Source: an uncultured Acidobacteriaceae bacterium (GTDB lineage Bacteria; Acidobacteriota; Terriglobia; Terriglobales; Acidobacteriaceae). From it: a stretch of DNA of 64,000 nt. The stretch lies in contig CAWJRY010000016.1 in the NCBI GenBank assembly GCA_963845405.1, positions 149,112-213,111 of the forward strand, read 5' to 3'. Below the pieces are notes generated by a model. The model was not told the DNA's origin, did no database searches, and was given only the letters and a program-made list of their open reading frames with translations. The position numbers and the translations under genes are program-made. Below are positions 53,989 to 62,946 of the stretch, one piece after another; the first letter of the stretch is position 1, and the number at the start of each line of letters is the position of its first letter.

Positions 53989-54048
53989 GTTCTGACCTTG
54001 GTGTCGGAGCCTCAGTACATGTAGATGAGGCACCCCTCCCGGGATAGG

Positions 54049-54079
54049 AAAAAAAGGCGGGCCCGATTGCAAGCCCGCC
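54049..54079 (-). terminator. Intrinsic terminator of the 54099..54647 gene
   Basis: On the minus strand, GGCGGGC-10 nt-GCCCGCC is followed by TTTTTTT, 20 nt after the stop. Confidence 0.6.
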
Positions 54080-54098
54080 CAAAACTACAGAGCGAAGG

Positions 54099-54647
54099 CT
54101 AAAGCGTGACGGCAGCTGTCAGCGTAGTGGTCGTGCCGCTCGAAGGGACCTTCTTGGTCGCCAGCGGAGAGAGTCCGGTCGTGCGGGCGGTCAAATTGGT
54201 CGAGGTGCCTCCAAAGACGACATAGCTCAGGTTGATGCTGTCGGCCGATTGGGTTGCGAGAGACCAGGAATAGGGTATGGTCAATTTGCAAGTCCTTGTG
54301 CTTCCACTTCCGGTGGCCACGGCAGAGACGCTTTCGTCATAGTTACGGAAGGCTGAGGTGATGTTGTCCTCTACGTCGGCCTCGATGGTGCATCCGAAGG
54401 TGGTGAGGCCGGTGGACTTCACCGTAATCGTGATCGTGGTGGTGATGGTTCCCGTAAAGGTCGTGAAAGTAGCCGGATCCAATTCCTCATCCGTCGCCAT
54501 CGGAACAGGCCGGAAGGCACCGGTTTTGGGATCCAGATACCCCAGGATGCCAGGCTTGGCGGCCTGCTTCGCTTCGGTTTGGCCCCACAGTGCCGGCACA
54601 ATCAGGATGCAGGACATGCAAATCAACAGCAGCTTGGTGATTTTCAT
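54099..54647 (-). CDS. Hypothetical Thr-rich secreted protein
   Basis: Signal peptide MKITKLLLICMSCILIVPALWG. No recognised domain. Confidence 0.55.
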   Translation of the reverse strand: MKITKLLLICMSCILIVPALWGQTEAKQAAKPGILGYLDPKTGAFRPVPMATDEELDPATFTTFTGTITTTITITVKSTGLTTFGCTIEADVEDNITSAFRNYDESVSAVATGSGSTRTCKLTIPYSWSLATQSADSINLSYVVFGGTSTNLTARTTGLSPLATKKVPSSGTTTTLTAAVTL

Positions 54648-54727
54648 TTTCGTCTCCTTCTCGATTTTGTAAACGAGTGGATACCCGTTTGGTCGTCTAA
54701 CTCAGGGAAGGGATAACGGGGGGGGCG

Positions 54728-54735
54728 TGATGTTC
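54728..54735. repeat. G8 homopolymer tract in a divergent promoter region
   Basis: aac gggggggg cgtg. The length is confirmed by the ..TPPPL.. translation of the minus shadow ORF. Confidence 0.85.
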
Positions 54736-54986
54736 CCAGGGTTTGCCGGACAGTCTAGCACAAGGGCGGGTTGTTTCCGGCTGTGGACGGGCAATTTGGA
54801 CAGCCGATCAAATCGAATTCCCCGAACTGCGGTTAAACATTCCGCAATATGCGGGAACCACGGTATAGGCCAGCGAAGGCGGAGGCGCGAGACTCTACCT
54901 GTCGCCCTCAATGATCGGTGTGCATCGATTGGTGTGTATCCAATTTGCGAGTTCTGCGACCACAAAGTTCATTTCCGGAGGCTACA

Positions 54987-55457
54987 ATGCGACAACTATT
55001 AGCTCTTTCGATCCTGCTGCTCGGCGTGTCCTGGGCTGCAGCACAAGATACCTCGACGCAGACGAACCCGACTCCTTCGAGCCCGACCCAAACCACACCA
55101 AGCCAAGCCATGCCGAGTCAAGCTGCATCAGGCCAGGCCACCCCGGTAGCGAGCGGCGAAACCAGCGTGAAAGGCTGCCTGAGCGGCGCTAGCGGCAGCT
55201 ATACGCTTACTGACGACAACGGTACCGCCTATCAGCTCACCGGAGACACTTCGAAACTGGCCGAGCACGTCGGCCACGAAATAAAGGTCACCGGCACCAG
55301 CGCAGCGGCAGCGCCGGCTTCTTCGTCGGCTGCTCCTGCAAGCGCCGACGGATCGACTCCCGCCACGCCCGCCAGCAGCGCATCGCAACAGACGCTGCAG
55401 GTCAGCTCCGTGAAACATATCTCGAAGACTTGTCAGAGTGCGGGCGCAGCGCACTAA
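54987..55457 (+). CDS. Small secreted protein, DUF5818-like core with Ser/Thr/Pro/Ala-rich flanks
   Basis: Signal from the ATG at 54987 (MRQLLALSILLLGVSWAAAQ). The core is VKGCLSGASGSYTLTDDNGTAYQLTGDTSKLAEHVGHEIKVTG. Confidence 0.6.
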   Translation: MRQLLALSILLLGVSWAAAQDTSTQTNPTPSSPTQTTPSQAMPSQAASGQATPVASGETSVKGCLSGASGSYTLTDDNGTAYQLTGDTSKLAEHVGHEIKVTGTSAAAAPASSSAAPASADGSTPATPASSASQQTLQVSSVKHISKTCQSAGAAH

Positions 55458-55482
55458 CTTACGCGAATCTTGAGCCTTCACC

Positions 55483-55514
55483 AGCCCAGCCGATATGGCT
55501 GGGCTATTTTTTTT
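55483..55514 (+). terminator. Rho-independent terminator
   Basis: AGCCCAGCC-gatat-GGCTGGGCT is a perfect 9-bp stem followed by aTTTTTTTT. Confidence 0.8.
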
Positions 55515-55594
55515 CAAGGCGCAGGTGTCGGGCCCGGCCCTGGGAGCGAGAAGCGCGCGGTTACAATGCTGCGGAGCACCTGGGTGGGAGTGAA

Positions 55595-57070
55595 ATGTCC
55601 AACTTAATAGAACACGTTTTCGTTCTCATGCTGGAGAACCGCGCCTTCGATCACATGCTCGGATTCTCAGGCATTACCGGCCGCGATGCTGCGAACGGCG
55701 GTTCAACCCGGATCAACGGACTAACCGGAAACGAATCGAATATGTTCAACGCCCAGGAATATCGCGTCACCAAGGGCGCCGATAACGTGATGCCGGCCGA
55801 TCCGGGCCACGAGTTCAGCAATGTCCTCGAACAACTCTGTGGAGCCGGAGCCATCTACCCGTCGGGAGGCGCTTACCCAGCCATCAACAACACCGGGTTC
55901 GTCGCGTCCTACATGGCAAGTCGCGGCGCATCGGATCCAAGTGAAGCAATGAAGTGCTTTGCACCCGAGCAGCTTCCAGTCATGATCGCTTTGGCTCAGG
56001 AATTTGCCCTCTGCGATAACTGGCATGCATCGATGCCGGGTCCGACGTGGCCGAATCGCATGTTTGTTCATGCCGCTTCCTCCGGCGGGCTCGATCACAG
56101 TCCGAGTATCGAGGAGATTGTCGAGTGGGAAGCGATTTCAGGCTTTCAGTTTAAGGCCGGCAGCATGTTTGACGCCCTGAAGGGCAGGGCCCGTATATAT
56201 GCCGGCGACGACTTTCCCATGGTGGCTGCCCTGAAAGGCATCGGCCTGTCTGACATCCAGCCCTACAGCAATTTCGCCGGCGATCTCGGCCAGCCTACTT
56301 TTCCCTATAGTTACGTGTTCATCGAACCGAGCTACGACGTACTGAACGAATACAAGAACAGCACTTCGCAGCACCCGCTCACCGACATTACGCTCGGCGA
56401 GGGGCTCATCAAGGAAACATACGAAGCAATCCGCAATTCTGCGCATTGGAATAGCAGCGTTCTAATCATCGCATGGGATGAGCATGGTGGATTCTACGAT
56501 CATGCGATTCCGCCGGCAGCGGTTGCGCCCGGGGATACGACGCCGCAAGCCAAATACAATCAGTACGGTTTTACCTTCGAGCAGTATGGCCCTCGCGTGC
56601 CGGCGCTTGTGATTTCACCCCTGATTCCAAGAAATGTGATTGACCATCGCTTGTACGACCATGCATCGATCCCGGCCACGATCGAGGCTTTGTTTGGAAT
56701 CGGTTCGCTGACCCAGCGTGATGCCAAGGCCAACCACCTGAAGCCGCTCTTTTCCCTGGATGCGCCGAGATCGGACGCTCCCACAACTCTGATCCCGTCT
56801 GCAGCCCCTCCAGCGGCAATGGCGGCGATGAGAACGACTGCCCCGGATTTGAGTACGGTAGTTGCCAGCAGGCCGGATGCGACCGTGAACCAGGGCACTC
56901 TGCCCGCCATCGTTCACTCCGCTCTGCGTCAGGATCTGGAAATGTCTCCCGATCAGCGCACTATGATTCTGCAGCGAGTACGGTCAATCAAGACGCGTTC
57001 GCAAGCCCAGCAGTATCTGGCGCATGTACAGAGGAAAGTCCGCAAGCGCCGGATGGATGCGCAAGAGTAG
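55595..57070 (+). CDS. Phosphoesterase-family protein (non-haemolytic phospholipase C / acid phosphatase AcpA-like)
   Basis: MSNLIEHVFVLMLENRAFDHMLG is the family N-terminus. I prefer the ATG at 55595 over the track start at 55430. Confidence 0.85.
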   Translation: MSNLIEHVFVLMLENRAFDHMLGFSGITGRDAANGGSTRINGLTGNESNMFNAQEYRVTKGADNVMPADPGHEFSNVLEQLCGAGAIYPSGGAYPAINNTGFVASYMASRGASDPSEAMKCFAPEQLPVMIALAQEFALCDNWHASMPGPTWPNRMFVHAASSGGLDHSPSIEEIVEWEAISGFQFKAGSMFDALKGRARIYAGDDFPMVAALKGIGLSDIQPYSNFAGDLGQPTFPYSYVFIEPSYDVLNEYKNSTSQHPLTDITLGEGLIKETYEAIRNSAHWNSSVLIIAWDEHGGFYDHAIPPAAVAPGDTTPQAKYNQYGFTFEQYGPRVPALVISPLIPRNVIDHRLYDHASIPATIEALFGIGSLTQRDAKANHLKPLFSLDAPRSDAPTTLIPSAAPPAAMAAMRTTAPDLSTVVASRPDATVNQGTLPAIVHSALRQDLEMSPDQRTMILQRVRSIKTRSQAQQYLAHVQRKVRKRRMDAQE

Positions 57071-57095
57071 ATCGGCGGCGATCCTTACAAGAAAC

Positions 57096-57129
57096 AAAAA
57101 AAGAGCAGCGAACTTTCGTTCGCTGCTCT
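57096..57129 (-). terminator. Rho-independent terminator of the pilin gene
   Basis: AGAGCAGCGAAC-tttc-GTTCGCTGCTCT is a perfect 12-bp stem, with the T-run on the minus strand (A7 at 57096-57102). Confidence 0.75.
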
Positions 57130-57180
57130 CCGAATTGCGGCTTGTACCCTCCCCAGGTACTTCGCCACATCAAACTTTGA

Positions 57181-57675
57181 TTACTGGTTAAGCGGCAGGA
57201 GTGCCTGGCAGGCCGCTTCGCTGGCCGGCAAAACGCCCGTGGGCTGTACGCGAACCACTGCGTCTTCGAAGGCGCAGAAGGCGCGAATACCAGTCTGGTT
57301 CAGTGTGACCGGAGTGCCGGTCGCGTAATACTGCGCTGCCGGAGGACCACCAGCGCCGGTCGAAGCGAACGTGTAGCCGCTCTTGGTGCCGGCAGCTAGA
57401 ACGCTATCGATGAGGCAAGCCGTGGTCGAGCTCGGAGTGCAAGGAGCGACGCCACCGAGAACCGTCAGCGTGGCCGCAAAGCCGACTGTCGGGTAGGTGG
57501 AGTTGTACGTCACTTCACCAGTGTTGATAGTACGGATGGATGCGACCGCGGAGGCTTCGTTGGCCGCCATGCGGGCGCGCAGCAAGTTAGGAATCGCGAT
57601 GGCGGCGATGATCAAAATAATCGCAACCACAATCAAAAGCTCGATCAGTGAAAAACCCTTCTGTTTATTACGCAT
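57181..57675 (-). CDS. Type IV pilin / pseudopilin (prepilin-type N-terminal methylation domain)
   Basis: MRNKQKGFSLIELLIVVAIILIIAAIAIPNLL is a class III signal peptide. Confidence 0.9.
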   Translation of the reverse strand: MRNKQKGFSLIELLIVVAIILIIAAIAIPNLLRARMAANEASAVASIRTINTGEVTYNSTYPTVGFAATLTVLGGVAPCTPSSTTACLIDSVLAAGTKSGYTFASTGAGGPPAAQYYATGTPVTLNQTGIRAFCAFEDAVVRVQPTGVLPASEAACQALLPLNQ

Positions 57676-57721
57676 TTCTATTCTCCCCTTCGCCCAGTCT
57701 TGTTTGATTACGCATCTGGTC

Positions 57722-57738
57722 TTGCACTCGTGTGGCCG
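57722..57738 (-). promoter_or_regulatory. Weak sigma-54 (-24/-12) promoter candidate for the pilin gene
   Basis: The minus strand reads cGGCCACacgagTGCAa, with GG-N10-GC spacing, ~50-60 nt upstream of the ATG. Several positions are non-consensus. Confidence 0.3.
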
Positions 57739-58443
57739 CTCTGCGCGAAAGCGCGAATCCCGTCAAAATCCCCGTAAGGGTACTGTTTGCACAAGCGTTA
57801 ATGAAATTTCAAGATAGTTAGAAATTTATAATCTGAAGTTCTGACACTTTTGTGTCCCCGAACGACAGTTCCTGTCACTTTCGCCCGCAAGTGCCCTCGG
57901 ACGGACTTAGAGAGAAAGGGTCCCTTCTCCTATGTTTTTTCTTAGCGTCCTTCGCGGCTTCTCTTCGCGAACTTTGCGGTTCCTAAAAGCCCTGAATCAC
58001 AAACGGCGAGAAGAAGAGCCGCGAGTATAGTGTGACGAAATCGTGATATGAGACGCGGGACTCTATCGCGAGGCCCTGGGCCCCTAGATTGCGTATCGTT
58101 TTCAAGTGTTGCCAATTGTACGTACATGATTATACGCATGGGATGTTTATGGCGTCTTTTAGGAGTCGGGGACTCGGAATCCTGGGAATTTTTAAAAGTT
58201 TTGCAATCCTGACGCATCGTGGCTGGCAGGTTCGTGGGATGCCATTTCCGGAGCGGTAAAGGCCCTTAGAGCGACGATCGTTGGTCGATGTAGGGGAGAT
58301 ATCCTCGGCGGCAAGATCATCGTTCTAGCGAGTCGCCAGAGCGGTTTAACCACTTTTCAACGACTTACACCAAGACTCAACGACTTACGGGAGTTTGGCC
58401 AGGCGCGGAGCATGCCTTTCGCGTTGCGCGGCCTGGACAATTT

Positions 58444-59646
58444 TCACGATTTCCCGGCGTGGTCGCCATTCTCCCAGTCGTAGGGCACGCCGGTGTCGCC
58501 GAGGATGAACCGGACCAGCTCGGCGAATCCTGCTTCGGACCGGACATCGTTTGACAGAACGAGGACGCAGCGCTGGCTGGCTTCAATGCAGACCAGCGTG
58601 TTGGCGGTCTGGCCGTCGTGGCCCCCCTTGTAAAAGCCGTGGCCCTGCGCCCCGTCGAAGATCGTAACGCCAAGGCCCGAGTACAAATCTTTGCGCTGCT
58701 CACTGACCGGCAGATCGGGAAGGAAAAGCGGAAACAGCGAAGCAGTCGTGATATGCAGGGCGGGCTTTGTCGTCGTGATTTCAGCTTGCGAGGCTGGGCT
58801 GAGTCCATCGCCACTCACCAGCGCGGCGGCAAATTTCGACAGATCAGAGATCGTTGTATTCATCGATCCCGCCACGCGTACCTTGCTGCGCTTCTCGTGA
58901 GGCTGCGGCTGGCCCTGATCGTTCCATCCATCGGCGACATAGGGGTCGACACCGTTAGCCCACACCAGACTGGTCCGGGTCATCCCCAGGCGGTCGAAGT
59001 TGGCCTTGGCTAGATCTCCGACGTCGAGTCCTAGCCCTTGCGCCTTGCGGCCATGCTCGACGACGAATTGCAGCAGGATGAAACCTTCGCCCGAATAGCT
59101 GAAGTGTGTTCCCGGCTCGAAATGGATGTGCAGTTTCTGGTCGGGTTCAATGAACCAGAAATTGCTGAAGCCGGTGGAATGGTTCAGGCACATACGCGGT
59201 GTGATCTTTTCCCAACGCGGATCGTTAGCCAGATCCTTATACGGCCCGTACTTGTCCGGGAAGACCGGATCCGGGCCATAGCTCGGCAGCGGGTTATCGA
59301 GATCGTCCTTGAGAGGAGTATCGAGTTTCAGTTTGCCCTGATCGACCAGTTGCATCACGGTGTAGGCAAATACAGTCTTGGTGAGGGACGCGCCGTACAT
59401 GACAGTGTCGGTGGCCAGCGGATCTCCCTTGGCGTTGCGGATGCCGTAGGCGTGGACATAGCCGACCTTGCCATGATCGATGACTCCAACGGCCATGGCG
59501 TTGGAGTGGGTGCGGGCCATGATCTTGGAGACCTCGACGTCGATGGCGGCGCCGTCGGGAATCTTCTGCGCGAAAATCACGCCGGGAACGCACAAGGTGG
59601 CAACGAGAATAGTTAGAAACAGCAGAACATTGTTTTGCGTTCTCAT
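58444..59646 (-). CDS. Serine hydrolase, beta-lactamase/PBP4*-like family (secreted)
   Basis: S-x-x-K motif (ASLTKTVFAY). The signal runs from the ATG at 59646 (MRTQNNVLLFLTILVATL). Confidence 0.85.
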   Translation of the reverse strand: MRTQNNVLLFLTILVATLCVPGVIFAQKIPDGAAIDVEVSKIMARTHSNAMAVGVIDHGKVGYVHAYGIRNAKGDPLATDTVMYGASLTKTVFAYTVMQLVDQGKLKLDTPLKDDLDNPLPSYGPDPVFPDKYGPYKDLANDPRWEKITPRMCLNHSTGFSNFWFIEPDQKLHIHFEPGTHFSYSGEGFILLQFVVEHGRKAQGLGLDVGDLAKANFDRLGMTRTSLVWANGVDPYVADGWNDQGQPQPHEKRSKVRVAGSMNTTISDLSKFAAALVSGDGLSPASQAEITTTKPALHITTASLFPLFLPDLPVSEQRKDLYSGLGVTIFDGAQGHGFYKGGHDGQTANTLVCIEASQRCVLVLSNDVRSEAGFAELVRFILGDTGVPYDWENGDHAGKS

Positions 59647-59759
59647 CGTGATTGTCCTTATCGGGGCTGGGAAACTGATTTGCCATCTTCCCACGAACTG
59701 GCAGTCGGCGTTCGATTCGGAATTTAACCCCAGGTCTCAGGCGAATCTGTATTCGACAA

Positions 59760-60464
59760 TCACGCAGTCCCGGGACCCGACGGGTAGCGGTAAGCCGACA
59801 TCAACCTTGCGATCAGGACAGCAAGGTAAAGTACCCCGAGAATGGCCTCGATGACCGTTATCGAGCGGGCAGCCGCGGAGACTGCCGTGATTCCGGCCGC
59901 GCCCAGGGAAGTCATGGTTGCGAAGCTGTAATAAATGAAATCAAACCGGTCCGGAATCGTGTGGAGATTCGATACAGGATCGAGATAGAAAGCTCTGGGT
60001 TGAATCGCAGCCACCATGTTGTAGAGACTGGCGAAGCTGAAGCCGGCCAGCAGGTAAATGCAAAGCGCTCCAAAAATTGTTTCCGAAGTGGGCCGTTCGC
60101 TGCTAAATACACGGCGGAAGATGACCACCACAATAAATACATCGAACAAAAAGCTGAGAACGATGTTAAGAGTGGAAAGAACTCCTGCGTCGGGTTTGCG
60201 AAGCAGCACCCGTTCCAAGACAGCCGGAACGGCCAGCAAGAATGCAACCGGCAAGAGCGTCTTGCGTAAGCGGATTGCGTAAACCGCGACCAGGATTCCT
60301 GCGCCGCCGACGATGCGGAATGCGAAATAGCGAAATCCGCTGGTTTGCAGATACGGATAGAGAACAAGAACGGCCAGCAGGAAGACGAAGAGCAGGCAAA
60401 ACTTGTGTCCAGTCAGAGATTGCGCCTCACTGGAGGTGGTCGAGGGACGCGTGGGTGAAGGCAT
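59760..60464 (-). CDS. Ion-channel (Ion_trans_2-like) membrane protein with a non-canonical filter
   Basis: TM helices and a pore-loop-like FATMTSLGAAGI instead of T-x-G-Y-G-D. Confidence 0.65.
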   Translation of the reverse strand: MPSPTRPSTTSSEAQSLTGHKFCLLFVFLLAVLVLYPYLQTSGFRYFAFRIVGGAGILVAVYAIRLRKTLLPVAFLLAVPAVLERVLLRKPDAGVLSTLNIVLSFLFDVFIVVVIFRRVFSSERPTSETIFGALCIYLLAGFSFASLYNMVAAIQPRAFYLDPVSNLHTIPDRFDFIYYSFATMTSLGAAGITAVSAAARSITVIEAILGVLYLAVLIARLMSAYRYPSGPGTA

Positions 60465-60624
60465 AAGTGAAAGAGGAGCAAAACGGTAGCGGACGTAATT
60501 ATAGAATGCCGCCTCGTTCTAGCATTCCGACCCTTTCCGCGCAACCTCGGTTGTCGGAAAGCCATCATGGCCGGTGTACGCCGCCTACGCTAGCGCTATT
60601 ATTGCTCCGATCTCGAGTCGAATC

Positions 60625-61437
60625 ATGTCCGAACAACTGCTCAAATTACTCGGCAGCGCGTTAGTTCCGATTGTCGTATTCGCTGTCTTTGCAGTAGCTC
60701 GTCGTTTCATACCGATCGCAGAGTCCCCGGCGTCCAAGTTCTCATCGGGGGACTTATCGGATCGTTTCAAAACCGCGCAGTGGATCATCGGAGTGAGCAT
60801 GGTCTCGCTTGCTCTCGCGTTGGCATGGTCAACCCATGCACTCCGGGTCTCACTGAACCGCTATTACTCTGTGTCACAGGGTGGGCCAGGCCCGCGGCTA
60901 TTGCCGCAAACCGCAATCTGGTGGTTTTTCCCAGGATTTGTAGCACTCGCATTTTCTTACGAATTGATCCTACAGTTGTGGTCAATCCTGGTCGGCCGCC
61001 GCGAGCCTGCTCTTTACGATTCTTGGACCAGTTACAAGGCGGGTTTCGACGGCAGGAAGATGCTCCGCTGGATGGGTTTGATCATCGCGGTTCCAATTGG
61101 GCTCCTAACCATTCTTGCCTTACCGATGCACGCGACACTCGGGCGAGACGAGATTCTTAATTGCGGCTATGGTTTCTCACCATGCAGAGACTACCGCTAT
61201 GTTGACGCACGTCGAATGACGCAAGTAGAGGGCTTTCGTGATCGCAATGGGAAGTTGACGAGGAGAGCGGGCATTGTGATCGATTTCTCGGATGGACGAC
61301 GCTGGTCATCCGCCGATTGGGGGAACTTCAGCCGAAGCGTTGATCCTGATTTGGAGAAGTTCCTCACGGCCAAAACTGGGCTTCCGCTCGAACATGCTAC
61401 GAGCGAATCAGAAATGAGTAACGCGCCTGCACGGTAG
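60625..61437 (+). CDS. Hypothetical membrane protein
   Basis: About four TM helices plus a soluble C-terminal domain. GC looks lower than in neighbouring genes. I prefer the ATG at 60625. Confidence 0.5.
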   Translation: MSEQLLKLLGSALVPIVVFAVFAVARRFIPIAESPASKFSSGDLSDRFKTAQWIIGVSMVSLALALAWSTHALRVSLNRYYSVSQGGPGPRLLPQTAIWWFFPGFVALAFSYELILQLWSILVGRREPALYDSWTSYKAGFDGRKMLRWMGLIIAVPIGLLTILALPMHATLGRDEILNCGYGFSPCRDYRYVDARRMTQVEGFRDRNGKLTRRAGIVIDFSDGRRWSSADWGNFSRSVDPDLEKFLTAKTGLPLEHATSESEMSNAPAR

Positions 61438-61550
61438 ATCTTGACCAAGCTGTCGATCTCCTAGCTTCAACCTCTCGCACCTTGGATGCTCAAGAATCCA
61501 CAGCCTGGGTCTGTCTCCAGCTCCACCTTCCGGTAAAATTAAACCTTCCT

Positions 61551-62759
61551 ATGAATACACTTGAGCAAATCGCAGAACTTGAGCGGAAATATCTGATTCC
61601 GACTTATAACCGTTATCCCGTCGTGTTCAGCCGAGGCAAGGGCGTGTTTCTTTATGACATCGACGGCAAGCGCTATCTCGATCTGGTTTCGGGACTGGGC
61701 GTCAACGCGCTTGGCCACGCGCATCCGCGGATCGTGAAGACGATTCGCGAGCAGGCGGCGAAGCTGGTGCATGTTTCGAATCTCTACTATCACGAATATC
61801 AGGGGCCGCTCGCGGAAAAGCTGTGCAAGCTCTCCGGATTGGACCGGGCTTTCTTTTCCAACAGCGGGACCGAGGCGATCGAAGGCTCGATCAAGCTGGC
61901 CCGGTTGGCCGGACATCGCGCCGGCGGCGAGGCGAAGTCGCGGCTGGTGGCGCTCGATGGGTCCTATCACGGGCGCACATTTGGAGCGCTATCGCTCACC
62001 GGGCAGGCCAAGCATCGCAAGGGATTCGAGCCCCTGCTCGACGATGTGACGTTCGTGAAGCAAAACGACATCGAAGGCTTGCGCGCGGCGATCACCGACA
62101 ACACCTGCGCCATCGTGCTCGAGCCGATCTTCGGCGAAGGTGGGATTTACGAGTGCTCGGTTGAATTCCTAACGGAATGCCGCGCTCTCGCCGATCGCCA
62201 TAAGGCGGCGCTGATCTTCGACGAGATCCAGTGCGGGCTGGGACGGACAGGGACAATCTTTGCGTTTCAGAGTTTCGGCGTTACCCCGGATATCGTCGCC
62301 ATCGCCAAGCCGATCGCCGCGGGGCTGCCACTCGGGGCATTCATTGCGAAAGAAGCATTCGCAAATGCAATTTCTCCAGGGCAGCATGGGACAACTTTTG
62401 GCGGCGGTCCACTGGCATGCCGCGTGGCTTTGGAATTTCTGGCGATTGTCGAAGAAGAGAAGCTGCTGGAGAACGTCAACAAAGTTGGAGCGTATTTGCA
62501 CGATCAGTTGAAGGCGCTCACCGAGAAGCGCGGCGCGGCCAAGGAAGTGCGCGGGCGTGGATTCATCCAGGGGATTCAGCTGGATATTCCGGCCCGTCCG
62601 ATTGTGGATGAGGGATTGGCCGAGGGCGTGCTGTTTAACGCCACGCAGGACACTGTGGTGCGCTTCCTGCCTCCGTTCCTGCTGGAAGAGAAGCAGGTCG
62701 ATCGTGGAATTCGCGTGCTGAAGAAATTGCTGGGGAAACGGCGGAAGGTAGCGGCTTAA
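61551..62759 (+). CDS. argD: Acetylornithine aminotransferase (class III PLP aminotransferase)
   Basis: LIPTYNRYPVVFSRGKGVFLYDIDGKRYLD...SNSGTEA...DEIQCGLGRTG...AK. I prefer the ATG at 61551. Confidence 0.85.
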   Translation: MNTLEQIAELERKYLIPTYNRYPVVFSRGKGVFLYDIDGKRYLDLVSGLGVNALGHAHPRIVKTIREQAAKLVHVSNLYYHEYQGPLAEKLCKLSGLDRAFFSNSGTEAIEGSIKLARLAGHRAGGEAKSRLVALDGSYHGRTFGALSLTGQAKHRKGFEPLLDDVTFVKQNDIEGLRAAITDNTCAIVLEPIFGEGGIYECSVEFLTECRALADRHKAALIFDEIQCGLGRTGTIFAFQSFGVTPDIVAIAKPIAAGLPLGAFIAKEAFANAISPGQHGTTFGGGPLACRVALEFLAIVEEEKLLENVNKVGAYLHDQLKALTEKRGAAKEVRGRGFIQGIQLDIPARPIVDEGLAEGVLFNATQDTVVRFLPPFLLEEKQVDRGIRVLKKLLGKRRKVAA

Positions 62760-62836
62760 GATCGGTCGTCGGTTTGGGATTCAGTTCTCGGTCCCCGGGA
62801 TTCGAGGCCTAAGACCCAACACCCACGATCCGCTCT

Positions 62837-62863
62837 AAAAAAAACGGGGAGCCGGAGCTCCCC
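62837..62863 (-). terminator. Minus-oriented intrinsic terminator-like hairpin
   Basis: A8 followed by GGGGAGC-cgga-GCTCCCC. The T-run is present only on the minus strand, and no minus-strand gene lies to its right. Confidence 0.4.
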
Positions 62864-62922
62864 AAAGTGAAGTACAGAGGCGTTGTTACGCTTAGATAGA
62901 ATGCGGCGGGCGGGAAAGAGTT

Positions 62923-62945
62923 GTCCTCGGGGCGGGGACTTTTTT
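62923..62945 (+). terminator. Plus-oriented terminator-like hairpin abutting a start codon
   Basis: GTCCTC-ggggc-GGGGAC followed by TTTTTT, ending 1 nt before the ATG at 62947. Confidence 0.45.
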
Positions 62946-62946
62946 C

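Noticed and set aside
57942-58217. 91-aa minus-strand ORF in the AT-richer spacer
   Set aside because: It has no RBS, no domain and odd composition. I treat the region as non-coding.
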